DNA of 64,000 nt from Candidatus Omnitrophota bacterium (GTDB lineage: Bacteria; Omnitrophota; Omnitrophia; Omnitrophales; JACROU01): positions 6,958-70,957 of the forward strand of contig JAJDCD010000012.1 of assembly GCA_029261035.1 (NCBI GenBank). The letters run 5' to 3'. Below the pieces are notes generated by a model that saw only the letters and a program-made list of their open reading frames with translations, ran no database searches and had not been told where the DNA came from. Positions 9,683 through 19,315 of this stretch are shown here, piece after piece. The position numbers and the translations under genes were made by a program. How positions within the stretch are numbered: position 1 is the first letter of the stretch; each line of letters starts with the position of its first letter.

Positions 9683-10016
9683 TTTGAATCATAAAAAAAT
9701 TGCTCGAATCTTATTTGGTATCTTACTCTTGTCCGTAATTTTTATCACACCGTTAGAGGCCCAGACTAAGAGCCCCATACCAGCATCCCTTTCAGATCTT
9801 ACAATTGTAAATGCAAGTAATGATGAAGTCATTGAAACAGGGGACGAGTTTACGGTTCTTGACATCCCTGAAAACTTCTTCTACTTTTCTCTTAAATCTC
9901 TTTCGGATTGCATAGCAAAATCCTGTGATATGACATTAAAAGGCGTTGACGCTTTTACTGGGTTGTTATTTAAACCCTTTAATCGTTCGGAAAAAGTAAA
10001 ACAATCTTCCTACTAA
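9666..10016 (+). CDS. hypothetical secreted protein
   Basis: The ATG at 9666 follows AAGGA. Signal-like N-terminus MKKLADLNHKKIARILFGILLLSVIFITPLEAQ. No family was recognised. Confidence 0.45.
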   Translation: MKKLADLNHKKIARILFGILLLSVIFITPLEAQTKSPIPASLSDLTIVNASNDEVIETGDEFTVLDIPENFFYFSLKSLSDCIAKSCDMTLKGVDAFTGLLFKPFNRSEKVKQSSY

Positions 10017-10038
10017 TCCATAAGATAATTTCTCGAGT

Positions 10039-10671
10039 GTGACAACCATGGATTTACTCTCAATTACGGACTATCCCCAATTTAAAAACAAATTACAAAA
10101 GTCGAATTGCCAAAAATGCACTTTGTCTTCAAAACGAAATCATATTGTGGTCGATAGGGGAAACTTTGATTCAAAGATTCTTTTTATAGGGGAAGCCCCA
10201 GGAGCAAAAGAGGATGATTCTGGTCTTTGTTTTGTCGGAAGAGCTGGGAAGATGTTGGACCTTATGTTTTCTGAAATTAACATTGATACGAATCAAGACA
10301 CTTTAATAGCTAATATTGCTAAATGTCGACCTCCTAAAAATCGTGTTCCTAATAAAATAGAAGCCGCAGCTTGCTTTCCTTTTTTACTTCATCAAATTTT
10401 GTTAGTTAAACCACAGGTCATTATCTTATTAGGAGCATCTGCTTTAAAATATTTAGATAAATCAAAAACATCTTTTGAGATGATTAATGAAGTTGGACGT
10501 TTTTTTAGATTGAAGGAGTTTGACGAAATTGACTTTTTTCCTATCTTTCACCCTGCTTATCTTTTATACAACCCAGGGAAAAAAAATCTATTTAAAGAAC
10601 ACCTACAAATTTTGAATCAATATTTAATTAAACAAAAGATTCATCCAAAAATAAACAAGGTCTCTAAGTGA
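10039..10671 (+). CDS. uracil-DNA glycosylase, family 4
   Basis: Motifs FIGEAPGAKEDDSGLCFVGRAGKMLD and HPAYLL. Cysteines are positioned as in the Fe-S family-4 UDGs. The start could be GTG 10039 or ATG 10048. Confidence 0.8.
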   Translation: MTTMDLLSITDYPQFKNKLQKSNCQKCTLSSKRNHIVVDRGNFDSKILFIGEAPGAKEDDSGLCFVGRAGKMLDLMFSEINIDTNQDTLIANIAKCRPPKNRVPNKIEAAACFPFLLHQILLVKPQVIILLGASALKYLDKSKTSFEMINEVGRFFRLKEFDEIDFFPIFHPAYLLYNPGKKNLFKEHLQILNQYLIKQKIHPKINKVSK

Positions 10672-10943
10672 AGAAGAAGAGAATTCATATTATTGTTTCG
10701 GGTCTTGTTCAGGGCGTTTTTTTTAGAGCTTCTACTTTGGATAAAGCTCGAAATTTAATAGTGGTAGGTTGGGTTCGGAATTTGCCAGATGGTACCGTTG
10801 AGATAAATGCAGAAGGCGAGGATGGGAAGCTTAGCCAGCTTTTAGACTGGGCTAGGAAGGGGCCGGTAGGGGCACGTGTTGATCATATTGATTATTTTTG
10901 GGATGATTATAGAGGTGAGTTTGAAAGCTTCTTTGTTAGATAA
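10668..10943 (+). CDS. acyP: acylphosphatase
   Basis: 91 aa. VSGLVQGVFFRASTLDKARNLIVVGWVRNLPDGTVEINAEG matches the acylphosphatase signature V-x-G-x-V-Q-G-V-x-F-R. Confidence 0.85.
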   Translation: MKKKRIHIIVSGLVQGVFFRASTLDKARNLIVVGWVRNLPDGTVEINAEGEDGKLSQLLDWARKGPVGARVDHIDYFWDDYRGEFESFFVR

Positions 10944-10958
10944 TTATAGGACTTAAAT

Positions 10959-12248
10959 ATGAACACAAAAATAAACCTCAAATATGAGGCTATAAGCATA
11001 GTAAAAACACTCAAAAAGGCTGGTTTTGAGGCTTTTTGGGCTGGAGGAGTGGTGAGAGACCTATTATTAAGAAAAAAGCCTCATGACTACGATATAGCCA
11101 CTTCTGCCCTTCCTAAAGATATTGAGAAGTTATTTAAGAAAGTTGTTCCAGTCGGTAGACAATTTGGCGTTATGATTGTGAATAAGGGAACTTATAATTT
11201 TGAGGTAACAACCTTTAGAGGAGAAGGTGCTTATTTAGATAACAGACACCCCACTAAAATATATTTCACTACGGCTAAAGAGGATTCAAAAAGAAGGGAT
11301 TTTACGATTAATGCCTTATTTTATGATCCTATTGAAAAAAAAGTGATTGATTTCGTTAAAGGGAAGAAAGACTTAGAGAAAAAAATAATTCGAACCGTAG
11401 GGGATCCTAAAGAACGTTTTACTGAAGATCATTTAAGAATCATCCGCGCAGTCCGTTTTGCTGCAAATTTGGGATTTGAAATTCATCCTAAAACTTGGAA
11501 ATTCGTTAAGGAAATGTCTCCTTTAATTAATAAAATGAGTCAAGAACGTATTAGAGATGAACTCATTAAAATGTTTACACGACCTAATCCAGGGGAAGCT
11601 CTTCATTTATTAAACGTCTCGGGATTACTTAAAGAAATTCTTCCAGAGATTGCTTTGATGAAGGGAATTAAAGAATCTAACAAAGATTTGTTGTTTTATA
11701 CTCAGCTCGTTTTAGAGTCTCTAAAGGAACCCAATCTAACAACAGTATTTTCTGCTTTATTTCTAGACTTGGGCAAAGCTTCTGCGAAACAGGTAAAAAA
11801 CATTCCCCATAGCTCTTCTGAATCTAGTGTTAAAATTGGAAATCGTATTTTAAAACGTTTAAAATTTTCAAATAAAACTACGAGCAGAATTATTTCTTGT
11901 ATAAGAAATCAAATCTTATTTGATGAAGTAAGGAGCATGAAAGAATCTCAATTAAAAAAACTAGCGGCTTCTGGTACCTTTGAGGATGCTCTAGAGCTCT
12001 TTCATGCAATCTGTTTGACGGGTAAGGGAGATTTGAGAAATTACCGTTTTATTAAAAATAAAATGAAGACGTTTCAAAAAATTAATATTAAACCAAAAGC
12101 TATTCTTTCCGGCTCGGACTTAATTGAATACGGATTGAAACCCTCAGCAGTTTTTAAGGACCTCTTATCAAGACTATACGATCTGCAATTAGAGGGTAAG
12201 GTTGAAACGAGGTCAGAAGCTTTAAAATGGCTCAAAAAACAACTTTAG
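10959..12248 (+). CDS. cca: CCA-adding enzyme / poly(A) polymerase-family tRNA nucleotidyltransferase
   Basis: Head-domain motifs GGVVRDLLLRKKPHDYDIAT and RRDFTINALFYD. Confidence 0.85.
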   Translation: MNTKINLKYEAISIVKTLKKAGFEAFWAGGVVRDLLLRKKPHDYDIATSALPKDIEKLFKKVVPVGRQFGVMIVNKGTYNFEVTTFRGEGAYLDNRHPTKIYFTTAKEDSKRRDFTINALFYDPIEKKVIDFVKGKKDLEKKIIRTVGDPKERFTEDHLRIIRAVRFAANLGFEIHPKTWKFVKEMSPLINKMSQERIRDELIKMFTRPNPGEALHLLNVSGLLKEILPEIALMKGIKESNKDLLFYTQLVLESLKEPNLTTVFSALFLDLGKASAKQVKNIPHSSSESSVKIGNRILKRLKFSNKTTSRIISCIRNQILFDEVRSMKESQLKKLAASGTFEDALELFHAICLTGKGDLRNYRFIKNKMKTFQKINIKPKAILSGSDLIEYGLKPSAVFKDLLSRLYDLQLEGKVETRSEALKWLKKQL

Positions 12249-12276
12249 GGGCTTTTCATGAGCCCCTATTTTCTTC
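12248..12276 (+). terminator. Rho-independent terminator after cca
   Basis: GGGGCT (12248-12253) pairs with AGCCCC (12261-12266) across a 7-nt loop, followed by TATTTTCTT. Confidence 0.7.
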
Positions 12277-12365
12277 CTTGAAAAGAGTTCTATATATGAG
12301 AGAATTAGAGAAGAAGAGTATTATCAAATCTTAGATTTAGAGTAAAAAGGGAAGGGGATAATAAA

Positions 12366-12830
12366 ATGAGTGTTCCTAAGAATTTAAAAAAATTTCTAGA
12401 TAAAAATCACGCATCTTACCAACCTTTGACTCATGAACGTGTCATCACGACATCCGAAGTGGCAGAAGTTCATCATACGCCAGGAAGAGAAGTGATAAAA
12501 TCTGTTGTCATTAAAGATAATGAGAATTATTATTTGTTTATTTTACCTTCTTCAAAGGAAGTAGATTTTTCGCGTATAAGAAAGATTTTGAATTCAAAGT
12601 CTGTTGATTTAGCTAGTGAAGAAGATTTTAAAGAGATATTTTCTGACTGTGAATTAGGGGCCATGCCACCCTTTGGAGAGCTTTATGGTCTTAAGACCTA
12701 TGCAGATGAAATGTTAAAAGAAGATGCTAATGTGCTTTTTAACGCAGGGACTCACGAAGATACAGTTAAAATGAGTTTTGAAGATTTTAACAAATGTGGG
12801 CATCCTATTTATGCTAACTTTGCAGCTTAG
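12366..12830 (+). CDS. YbaK/ProX-type aminoacyl-tRNA deacylase domain protein
   Basis: 154 aa. The pattern HTPGREVIKSVVIKD...LFILPSSKEVDF...GAMPPFG is typical of the YbaK/aaRS-associated editing domain. Confidence 0.55.
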   Translation: MSVPKNLKKFLDKNHASYQPLTHERVITTSEVAEVHHTPGREVIKSVVIKDNENYYLFILPSSKEVDFSRIRKILNSKSVDLASEEDFKEIFSDCELGAMPPFGELYGLKTYADEMLKEDANVLFNAGTHEDTVKMSFEDFNKCGHPIYANFAA

Positions 12831-12841
12831 AAAATTAAAAT

Positions 12842-13240
12842 ATGGATAAACCCGAATTACAATTTTCAGTCATCTGTGATGACATCCGTCGAGAAGATAA
12901 TGGTAAGTTTATGCTTATCGGCTTATTTGAAGCTATAGGAAGCGCAGTGTTTCCAGCTGTTCATTCTAAATTATTTATAGCTAATCGATGGTGTAAATGG
13001 GATGGGGAGTTTAAAGAAAGAACCCGAATCATCTTTTCTGAGACAAAAGAAATTATTGCTGAGAGCGCAGAAGTAGCCGTAAGTTTAAAGGATTTTTCGA
13101 CTCATCATACCGTTATATCTCAATTTAATAACATTCGCTTTCCTGAAGCGGGTAAATACTTTGTCGAAATTCTTTTCAATGATGATTTATTCCGATATTA
13201 CCCAATTAACCTCTCAAAGATTGAAAATGAAACATCTTAA
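12842..13240 (+). CDS. hypothetical protein
   Basis: 132-aa ORF in the co-directional gene array. No family was recognised. Confidence 0.4.
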   Translation: MDKPELQFSVICDDIRREDNGKFMLIGLFEAIGSAVFPAVHSKLFIANRWCKWDGEFKERTRIIFSETKEIIAESAEVAVSLKDFSTHHTVISQFNNIRFPEAGKYFVEILFNDDLFRYYPINLSKIENETS

Positions 13241-14012
13241 ACTTATAACTACCGTCATAATTATAATCTTATGTCCCGGCCTTTCGTATGGGGATATCTA
13301 TTACAAAACTGAAATTCAATCCTCCTTTGAAACAGATAAACGAATAGAAGAAACTTTTATTTCTGGAACAAAAATGAAAACCTTAATTAATGGCACCTAT
13401 GGCTGGCTTATTGATTTAAAAGAAGGAACCATTCTAGATTATGATTTAAAAGAGGGTACTTATACCGAGTTAACAATAGAAAAGTTTAAAGAAAATTTAA
13501 ATTCACTGGGTGAGGATATGTTAGGGATGAGTGAACTGTATCAAAATGAAGAAGACCTTGTCGAAGAAAAAAAAGTGTTAGAGAAAACATCCGGACCTGT
13601 AGATTCGGCTCCCATAGGAAAACTTATGAGTCGAGATTTTCAACCTTTGCTTAAAAAAGTTAGAAAGAAAAAAGAAATAAATGGAGAAGAATGCTATTTG
13701 ATTAATGTCGATATTAGCAGAACTCAACAACAAGAAATGTGGGTTACGGAAGACTTACCTTATACTCAGGAAGTTATTAATTTTTGGAAGGCTTTCTACC
13801 GTCTATCAAGTGATACTTTAAAATCTTTTCCTGAACTCAAAAATCACTTTCAGGTTTTGTCGCAAATTGATGGATTCGTTATGTCTAGGAATATCACTAT
13901 GCAGATGGGGGTAGATCAGACCTATAAAGAATCAGAGCTTGTAAAAGAAGTGTCTCAGCAAAGTTTTGATGAAGATATGTTTGTGTTGCCAAAAAATCTT
14001 CGAAAAGTTTAA
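13227..14012 (+). CDS. hypothetical secreted protein
   Basis: The internal ATG at 13227 gives a signal peptide MKHLKLITTVIIIILCPGLSYG. The track start at 13161 would overlap the previous gene by 80 nt. Confidence 0.45.
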   Translation: MKHLKLITTVIIIILCPGLSYGDIYYKTEIQSSFETDKRIEETFISGTKMKTLINGTYGWLIDLKEGTILDYDLKEGTYTELTIEKFKENLNSLGEDMLGMSELYQNEEDLVEEKKVLEKTSGPVDSAPIGKLMSRDFQPLLKKVRKKKEINGEECYLINVDISRTQQQEMWVTEDLPYTQEVINFWKAFYRLSSDTLKSFPELKNHFQVLSQIDGFVMSRNITMQMGVDQTYKESELVKEVSQQSFDEDMFVLPKNLRKV

Positions 14013-14032
14013 TTATAAGAAAAGGTGAAATT

Positions 14033-14572
14033 ATGGAAAAGGTAATCGTAACAGTCTTAGGAAAAGATCAGCCGGGCATTGTTGCTCAAGTAACACAAGT
14101 TCTACTTGATAACGGTTGCAACCTTGAAGATTCAAGTATGACGATTTTAGAAGGCGACTTTGCAATGTTAGTGATTGCATCTCTTCCAGAATCTATGAAT
14201 TTGCAAGAAATTAAAGAAAAGTTTAATGTCATGAACGACGCTATGAATTTGTGTGTAGAGGTGAGACCTTTTACAGAAAATAAAAGCCCTTCAAAACAAA
14301 ACGGCAAAAATTACATTCTTTCTGTCATTGGTGCTGACAAACCTGGCATTGTACAAAATATTTCACAATTATTAGCAGATAACAAAGTTAACATTACGGA
14401 TGTTGAGACGAAAAGAATAGGGACTGAAGGGAAAAGAGTTTACGCCATGATTATCGAAGTCTTTATTGATGAAAGCATGAATGTTAAAAGTTTAGAAGAG
14501 AAAATTTCTAATTTGTGTAAGAGCTTATCCGTTGATATGACTTTTAAACCTATAGATTCTCTAACTTTTTAA
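14033..14572 (+). CDS. tandem ACT-domain protein (GcvR-like)
   Basis: Two ACT-type repeats starting VIVTVLGKDQPGIVAQVTQVLLDNGCNL and ILSVIGADKPGIVQNISQLLADNKVNI. Confidence 0.6.
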   Translation: MEKVIVTVLGKDQPGIVAQVTQVLLDNGCNLEDSSMTILEGDFAMLVIASLPESMNLQEIKEKFNVMNDAMNLCVEVRPFTENKSPSKQNGKNYILSVIGADKPGIVQNISQLLADNKVNITDVETKRIGTEGKRVYAMIIEVFIDESMNVKSLEEKISNLCKSLSVDMTFKPIDSLTF

Positions 14573-14573
14573 G

Positions 14574-15071
14574 ATGCCGATACAGTCAGTCATTGAATAC
14601 CCCAATCCTATTTTAAGAAATCTCTCAGAGCCTGTAGAAAGCATAAACGACTCTTGTTTGAAGCTAATATTGGACTTAAAGGATACAATGTTCTCTTTTC
14701 CTGGTTGTGTCGGATTAGCCGCTAATCAGATAGGAAGTAAAGAGAGGGTTGCTGTTGTTGATGTTTCTAGTAAAATAGAAGGTTCAGAGTTACGGGTCCT
14801 TATTAACCCTAGAATTTTGCATCAGAGTAAACATAAGATTTTAAGAGAAGGCTGTTTAAGTATTCAAAATTTAACAGCTAATGTTAAAAGAGCAGAACAA
14901 GTTGAAATTGAATACATGGATGTTTCAGGTGAAATAATAAAATATCAAGCACAAGGTCTCGAAGCTATTTGCATTCAACATGAAATTGATCATCTGGATG
15001 GAAATCTTTTTATTGATCATGTGATATCTGCAAAAACGGATATTTTTCGGAGAAAAAGATATTTACATTAG
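14574..15071 (+). CDS. def: peptide deformylase
   Basis: All three PDF motifs are present: GLAANQIG, EGCLS and QHEIDHLDG. Confidence 0.9.
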   Translation: MPIQSVIEYPNPILRNLSEPVESINDSCLKLILDLKDTMFSFPGCVGLAANQIGSKERVAVVDVSSKIEGSELRVLINPRILHQSKHKILREGCLSIQNLTANVKRAEQVEIEYMDVSGEIIKYQAQGLEAICIQHEIDHLDGNLFIDHVISAKTDIFRRKRYLH

Positions 15072-15097
15072 AAATCTAGAATGGAGAAGGATGAAAA

Positions 15098-15916
15098 ATG
15101 GAAACGATGAATAAAATTCAATCTGTAATTGAAAAAATAATTAGAATATTTGAGGTTAATAATTCAGGCTCTAGTTTTAATGCGATAGAAAAAAAAGCTC
15201 ATAAAATTTTAGGGGTTATTATTATTCTAACTCTTATTCAGTTTTTTTTATTTATCATGACTCTAAATTTATTTTCAAAAATAAAAACGAATTTTCCTTC
15301 TGAGCCTATTGGAACCCAGGAATCAACGATCTCTGAAATTCAAACGCCACCAGAAACTCAGCGTAATCCAAAGGAGATCTTAAAGGAAGCTGTTCCAGCA
15401 TTTTCTCTTTCCTTCGATACAAAGTCTGAAATGCCTGTCATAGGGCAAGGGCTTAAGCTAGTTCAAACAAACCCTAATGAACTTATGAGTGCCGTCGATT
15501 TAGAATATGAAGAAAGCGCTGCTCTTGGGGATGATGGTTTTGGGTTGAAATTCAGTTATTATTTTGCTGAGACCTTGGATGTAACTGAGGGGAGTGAGGA
15601 TTGGTTAGGAGCTATTTTTACAATTCCAACAATTGAAGTCAGTGAAGAGATGAATATTAGCTTTTGGTTAAAGGGAAATCTTGATGATGGTTATAACTCT
15701 ACAATTACAGTAGCAATCGTCGATGACAAAGACAAAAATATAAAAATACCTGTTCATAAAATATCAAATCTATGGACAAAGAAAACATTACCTTTATCTC
15801 AATTGAAAACTTATTTAGATATAGAGAATATTAAATTTATTACCTTTTTTATTGGAGGAAAAGATCTCACTACAAAAAAAGGTTCTTACAGTATTGATCA
15901 AATAGAAATTAAATAA
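15098..15916 (+). CDS. hypothetical membrane-anchored protein
   Basis: One TM helix (ILGVIIILTLIQFFLFIMTLNLF) followed by a beta-rich C-terminal domain. Its stop overlaps the next ATG (TAATG). Confidence 0.4.
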   Translation: METMNKIQSVIEKIIRIFEVNNSGSSFNAIEKKAHKILGVIIILTLIQFFLFIMTLNLFSKIKTNFPSEPIGTQESTISEIQTPPETQRNPKEILKEAVPAFSLSFDTKSEMPVIGQGLKLVQTNPNELMSAVDLEYEESAALGDDGFGLKFSYYFAETLDVTEGSEDWLGAIFTIPTIEVSEEMNISFWLKGNLDDGYNSTITVAIVDDKDKNIKIPVHKISNLWTKKTLPLSQLKTYLDIENIKFITFFIGGKDLTTKKGSYSIDQIEIK

Positions 15917-16851
15917 TGATCACGACACTAACTTTAAATCCTGCCATTGATTTAACGATGGAAGTCAATGGAATTACGATTGAAGATGTAAATAGAGTAC
16001 AAACTTTTACAGAAGTTCCTGGTGGCAAAGGTGTTAATGTCTCCATAGTTTTAAATCGATTTGGATACAAACCTTTAAACACTTTAGTTGCCTTGGGTGG
16101 CTTGAGGGGAGAAAGGTTTAAAGAGGATTTAAGAGAAATCAATTTAAAATTCAGATCAATTGATATTAAAAACGAAACTAGAGTTAATTTAGTCTTATTC
16201 GATCGTGTGTCAAAAAAAACGACAAAGCTAAATCAACTTGGTCCTCATATATCCTCCAAAGAGCTTAATCAGCTGATTGATATTTGCAAGAAAAACGCTA
16301 AAAAAAGTCATTACTTTGTTCTTTCAGGGTCTTTGTTGCCTAATATGAGAAAAGGCTGGTACGCGCAATTAATCGCTAAAATTCAACGTTCAGGATTAAA
16401 TATTGTTGTCGATGCTGATGGGGATGTTCTTAAAAATGTCCTTAAGATGCGTCCATTTTTAATTAAGCCCAATATTCATGAAGCAGAAAGAGTTTTGGGA
16501 GCAAAGTTTCGAACCGAATCCTCTTATTGGAATGCCGCGAAATGGCTCCAAAAAAAAGGTGCTCAAAATGTTCTCTTGTCATTAGGCTCCAAAGGGGCTT
16601 GTTTTTTAGATGCTCAAGGAAATCAATATAGAGCTCATACGATACCTATAAATGTAAAATCGACAACAGGTGCAGGAGATTCTTTTCTTGCAGGGTTTTT
16701 ATACCAACTTAGTAATAAAAAATCTATTTCTGAATCATTAAAATATGGAATGGCCTGTGGCACTCACACAGCAATGACAGCCGCAAATGATTTATGCCAA
16801 AAGTCTTCAGTGGAAAAAATAGTCAAAAAAATTAAAATTAAAAAAATTTAA
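15916..16851 (+). CDS. PfkB-family sugar-phosphate kinase (1-phosphofructokinase-like)
   Basis: N-terminal TLNPAIDLT, GGKGVNV, and the C-terminal ATP-site motif TTGAGDSFLAGF. Confidence 0.8.
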   Translation: MITTLTLNPAIDLTMEVNGITIEDVNRVQTFTEVPGGKGVNVSIVLNRFGYKPLNTLVALGGLRGERFKEDLREINLKFRSIDIKNETRVNLVLFDRVSKKTTKLNQLGPHISSKELNQLIDICKKNAKKSHYFVLSGSLLPNMRKGWYAQLIAKIQRSGLNIVVDADGDVLKNVLKMRPFLIKPNIHEAERVLGAKFRTESSYWNAAKWLQKKGAQNVLLSLGSKGACFLDAQGNQYRAHTIPINVKSTTGAGDSFLAGFLYQLSNKKSISESLKYGMACGTHTAMTAANDLCQKSSVEKIVKKIKIKKI

Positions 16852-16876
16852 GTCACAAATAATTAAGGGGAGTGTA

Positions 16877-18535
16877 ATGGGAGCGAGTCCAATCATATCT
16901 AAAATGAGACAATTACTAACTTCAAACGACAAAGATCTAGTTATTTCAACAATAAAAGTTACAAGAGCTCTTAAATTAAAAGATGCTGGAATTATTAAAG
17001 CGCTCAAAAAGCACCTTGAATCAGAAGATCATCAACTGCAATTATTAGCCATAGATTCCATCGGAGATCTCGGAGGTAAAGAAGCGGGGCAACTCCTTTT
17101 TGATATCTTCAAAAAAAAGATTAATCTTCGATTACAAATTGGTAAGTCCTTGTCTCAAATTGGAGATCCAATTATTCCATTATTAAAAAAAGAATACAAA
17201 GAGCATAAAAATGATCGGATGTATAAGAAATCACTTATAAGTATTATTTCAAAAATAAAAACATTTAAATCTATTCAATTCTTACTCAATTGTCTTTATG
17301 AAACAGATTTGGAAATTTTAAAGCATGTTTGTTATGAGATAAGAAACCCATTAAGTGCTATTGATAAAAAAGGAATGCCCGCCTTAGTTAAAGAATTGAA
17401 TGCTCACTTAAAAGAGGCTAAAACTAAAAAACTTTCTAATGCTTTAGTTTCCTTAGTCATTATTATTGGGTATACCAAAGATCCTAAATTCGAAAAACCT
17501 CTTTTGACTTACTTAGACCCTAAGTTTCCCTTTGTTTTAAGAAGAAATACCCTCTTCGCAATAGAAAGACTGGGATTGACAGGGAAGGGGCATGAGACCC
17601 TTGTTAAGGCTTTATTACCCCTGTTAGAAGATCATCATTTTAGTGCAGTTACTCGCTCTATATCAGCTATATTAGAGAAAGTTAGCTTTGGTAAAATCTA
17701 TCAGAAAAAGATGATTAAATTAGTAGAATCCAGAAACTTTGAAGTTAAGAAACTGGCCATGAGTAAGATTGCTCAAATTGAATCTAAAGAAGTTGTAACT
17801 CTGTTATTAAATCATCTCTTTGACAAAAATTACGATATTAGAACAGCTGCTGAAAAGGCCCTCCAAAAAATGCCATCAAGCACAACATATCTATTTCCAT
17901 TACTCATAAAAAAAGACAAACCTGAAGAAATTAACGCCATAGGCAAAATCTTAGCTTACCACAAAGGAAAAGTAACCCCTTTAAGACTTAAAGAAATATT
18001 CAAATTAATGAATAAATCAATGGCCAAATGGGAAGATGAAAAAACTCAGAGTTATTTCAATATATTAAGACAAATTAATCCTGACTTTATCCATTCAACA
18101 TTCATTAAAGAATCCGCCTCATACAGAAAGAAGAAGAAATACAAACAAGCCATTCAGCTTTTAGAACTCTTATCCAAAACCACGGTTTACACAAAAGAAG
18201 TAAAGTGGGAATTAATGCTTAATTATTTACTTAGCTCAGAATTACAACTATCATCCGTTGAACGTAATCGCGATAAAGCACTTTTTATCATCCAAGGATG
18301 CTTAAAATCGGGTGATAAAGACGTGTTAAAAAAGATAAAAAAGGAAAAAGCCTTATCCATGGAACACCTATACTATATAGGATTCCATTTCTCAGAAAAA
18401 TTATTTGAATTGAAGGAATTTGGAGTTAGTCTTTTAAAGAGTATGATTAAAAAATCCCCAAGAAATAAATATTCCATTAATGCAAAAAAACGATTGCAGT
18501 CTGTTGGAGAAGCCTCAAAAATATTGAGTAAATAA
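16877..18535 (+). CDS. HEAT/ARM-like repeat protein
   Basis: 552 aa, all-helical and repetitive (e.g. DHQLQLLAIDSIGDLGGKEA, NYDIRTAAEKALQKM). No enzymatic motif was seen. Confidence 0.45.
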   Translation: MGASPIISKMRQLLTSNDKDLVISTIKVTRALKLKDAGIIKALKKHLESEDHQLQLLAIDSIGDLGGKEAGQLLFDIFKKKINLRLQIGKSLSQIGDPIIPLLKKEYKEHKNDRMYKKSLISIISKIKTFKSIQFLLNCLYETDLEILKHVCYEIRNPLSAIDKKGMPALVKELNAHLKEAKTKKLSNALVSLVIIIGYTKDPKFEKPLLTYLDPKFPFVLRRNTLFAIERLGLTGKGHETLVKALLPLLEDHHFSAVTRSISAILEKVSFGKIYQKKMIKLVESRNFEVKKLAMSKIAQIESKEVVTLLLNHLFDKNYDIRTAAEKALQKMPSSTTYLFPLLIKKDKPEEINAIGKILAYHKGKVTPLRLKEIFKLMNKSMAKWEDEKTQSYFNILRQINPDFIHSTFIKESASYRKKKKYKQAIQLLELLSKTTVYTKEVKWELMLNYLLSSELQLSSVERNRDKALFIIQGCLKSGDKDVLKKIKKEKALSMEHLYYIGFHFSEKLFELKEFGVSLLKSMIKKSPRNKYSINAKKRLQSVGEASKILSK

Positions 18536-18644
18536 TTCGGAAATAACGACAACTTAGAAGATCCATTCGAACGCCTAATCAGCCAAAAAGAAATGACAGA
18601 CCTCCAAGAAAAACACCCAAACAAAAACTATTGATTCTGACGTA

Positions 18645-18695
18645 CTGTGGTAATGCTGGATAATCTAAGCTCTAACTTATCCAATATTACCACAG
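18645..18695. repeat. 51-nt bipartite hairpin in the convergent intergenic region
   Basis: CTGTGGTAAT (18645-18654) pairs with ATTACCACAG (18686-18695). TGGATAA (18657-18663) pairs with TTATCCA (18677-18683). There is a 2x2 internal loop and a 13-nt apical loop. Confidence 0.6.
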
Positions 18696-18756
18696 CACTT
18701 GGACAACTCTAAAGAGTTGACCACAGACTCAACAGTACTACGACTATATTTTAGTT

Positions 18757-18826
18757 AAGAAAAGAAAAGCTTTGATTATGGGCCTAATTTAAATAGACAT
18801 AGGATTAAATGGACCATAATCAAAGC
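18757..18826 (-). terminator. putative terminator of the ykgJ-yqeY-yfcE-like unit
   Basis: A perfect 13-bp inverted repeat, GCTTTGATTATGG (18769-18781) with CCATAATCAAAGC (18814-18826). On the minus strand it is followed by TTTTCTTTTCTT. The 32-nt loop is large. Confidence 0.45.
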
Positions 18827-18958
18827 CATATTACAGGATTTATATAGCTATTTGAGGATAGAGGAAAAATAAGTATATAGTCCTATAATGTATCTTATGT
18901 TAACTTTACCATATAGTAAATGCATAAATAACGTAAAAACAGCCTTTAATACAAATCC

Positions 18959-19315
18959 CTAAACTTCATACTGCTTTTGAAGCTTTTTTAACCCTTCGCA
19001 ATAATCCAAGGAATCCTTAGTCCGCCAGGCAAACGGAAATTCTTTACACTGTTTTGGTTTAACTTCTTGAATCATGCATTGATTATCTTTCAAGAATATA
19101 CAACTATCATCTTCATTAGTTTTTAATGTTAATCGCGGTTTCATGATCAAATCGCAATAATGATCTAAGAAGAACTTATGATCTAAATTCAGATGTTTTG
19201 ATATGGTTTCAGACTCATCCAAACCTATGTAAACATAGCCTGGATTTCGACAACAATTACCACATTTCTGACACTCAAATTTATCAATATGCTTAAGGTA
19301 ACCGTACTTATCCAT
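18959..19315 (-). CDS. YkgJ-family cysteine-cluster protein
   Basis: CQKCGNCCRNPGYVYI plus downstream Cys residues, a CxxCxxCC pattern. Confidence 0.7.
   Translation of the reverse strand: MDKYGYLKHIDKFECQKCGNCCRNPGYVYIGLDESETISKHLNLDHKFFLDHYCDLIMKPRLTLKTNEDDSCIFLKDNQCMIQEVKPKQCKEFPFAWRTKDSLDYCEGLKKLQKQYEV

Noticed and set aside
18536-18634. In-frame 32-codon extension after the HEAT-repeat gene stop (TAA at 18533-18535, next stop TGA at 18632-18634). I considered stop-codon read-through or a tmRNA-like tag.
   Set aside because: The peptide FGNNDNLEDPFERLISQKEMTDLQEKHPNKNY has no tag-like ending or recognisable motif. Thirty-two open codons is weak evidence, and no recoding signal is evident. 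Only the odd A/C-rich composition is noted, in the finding at 18536-18958.
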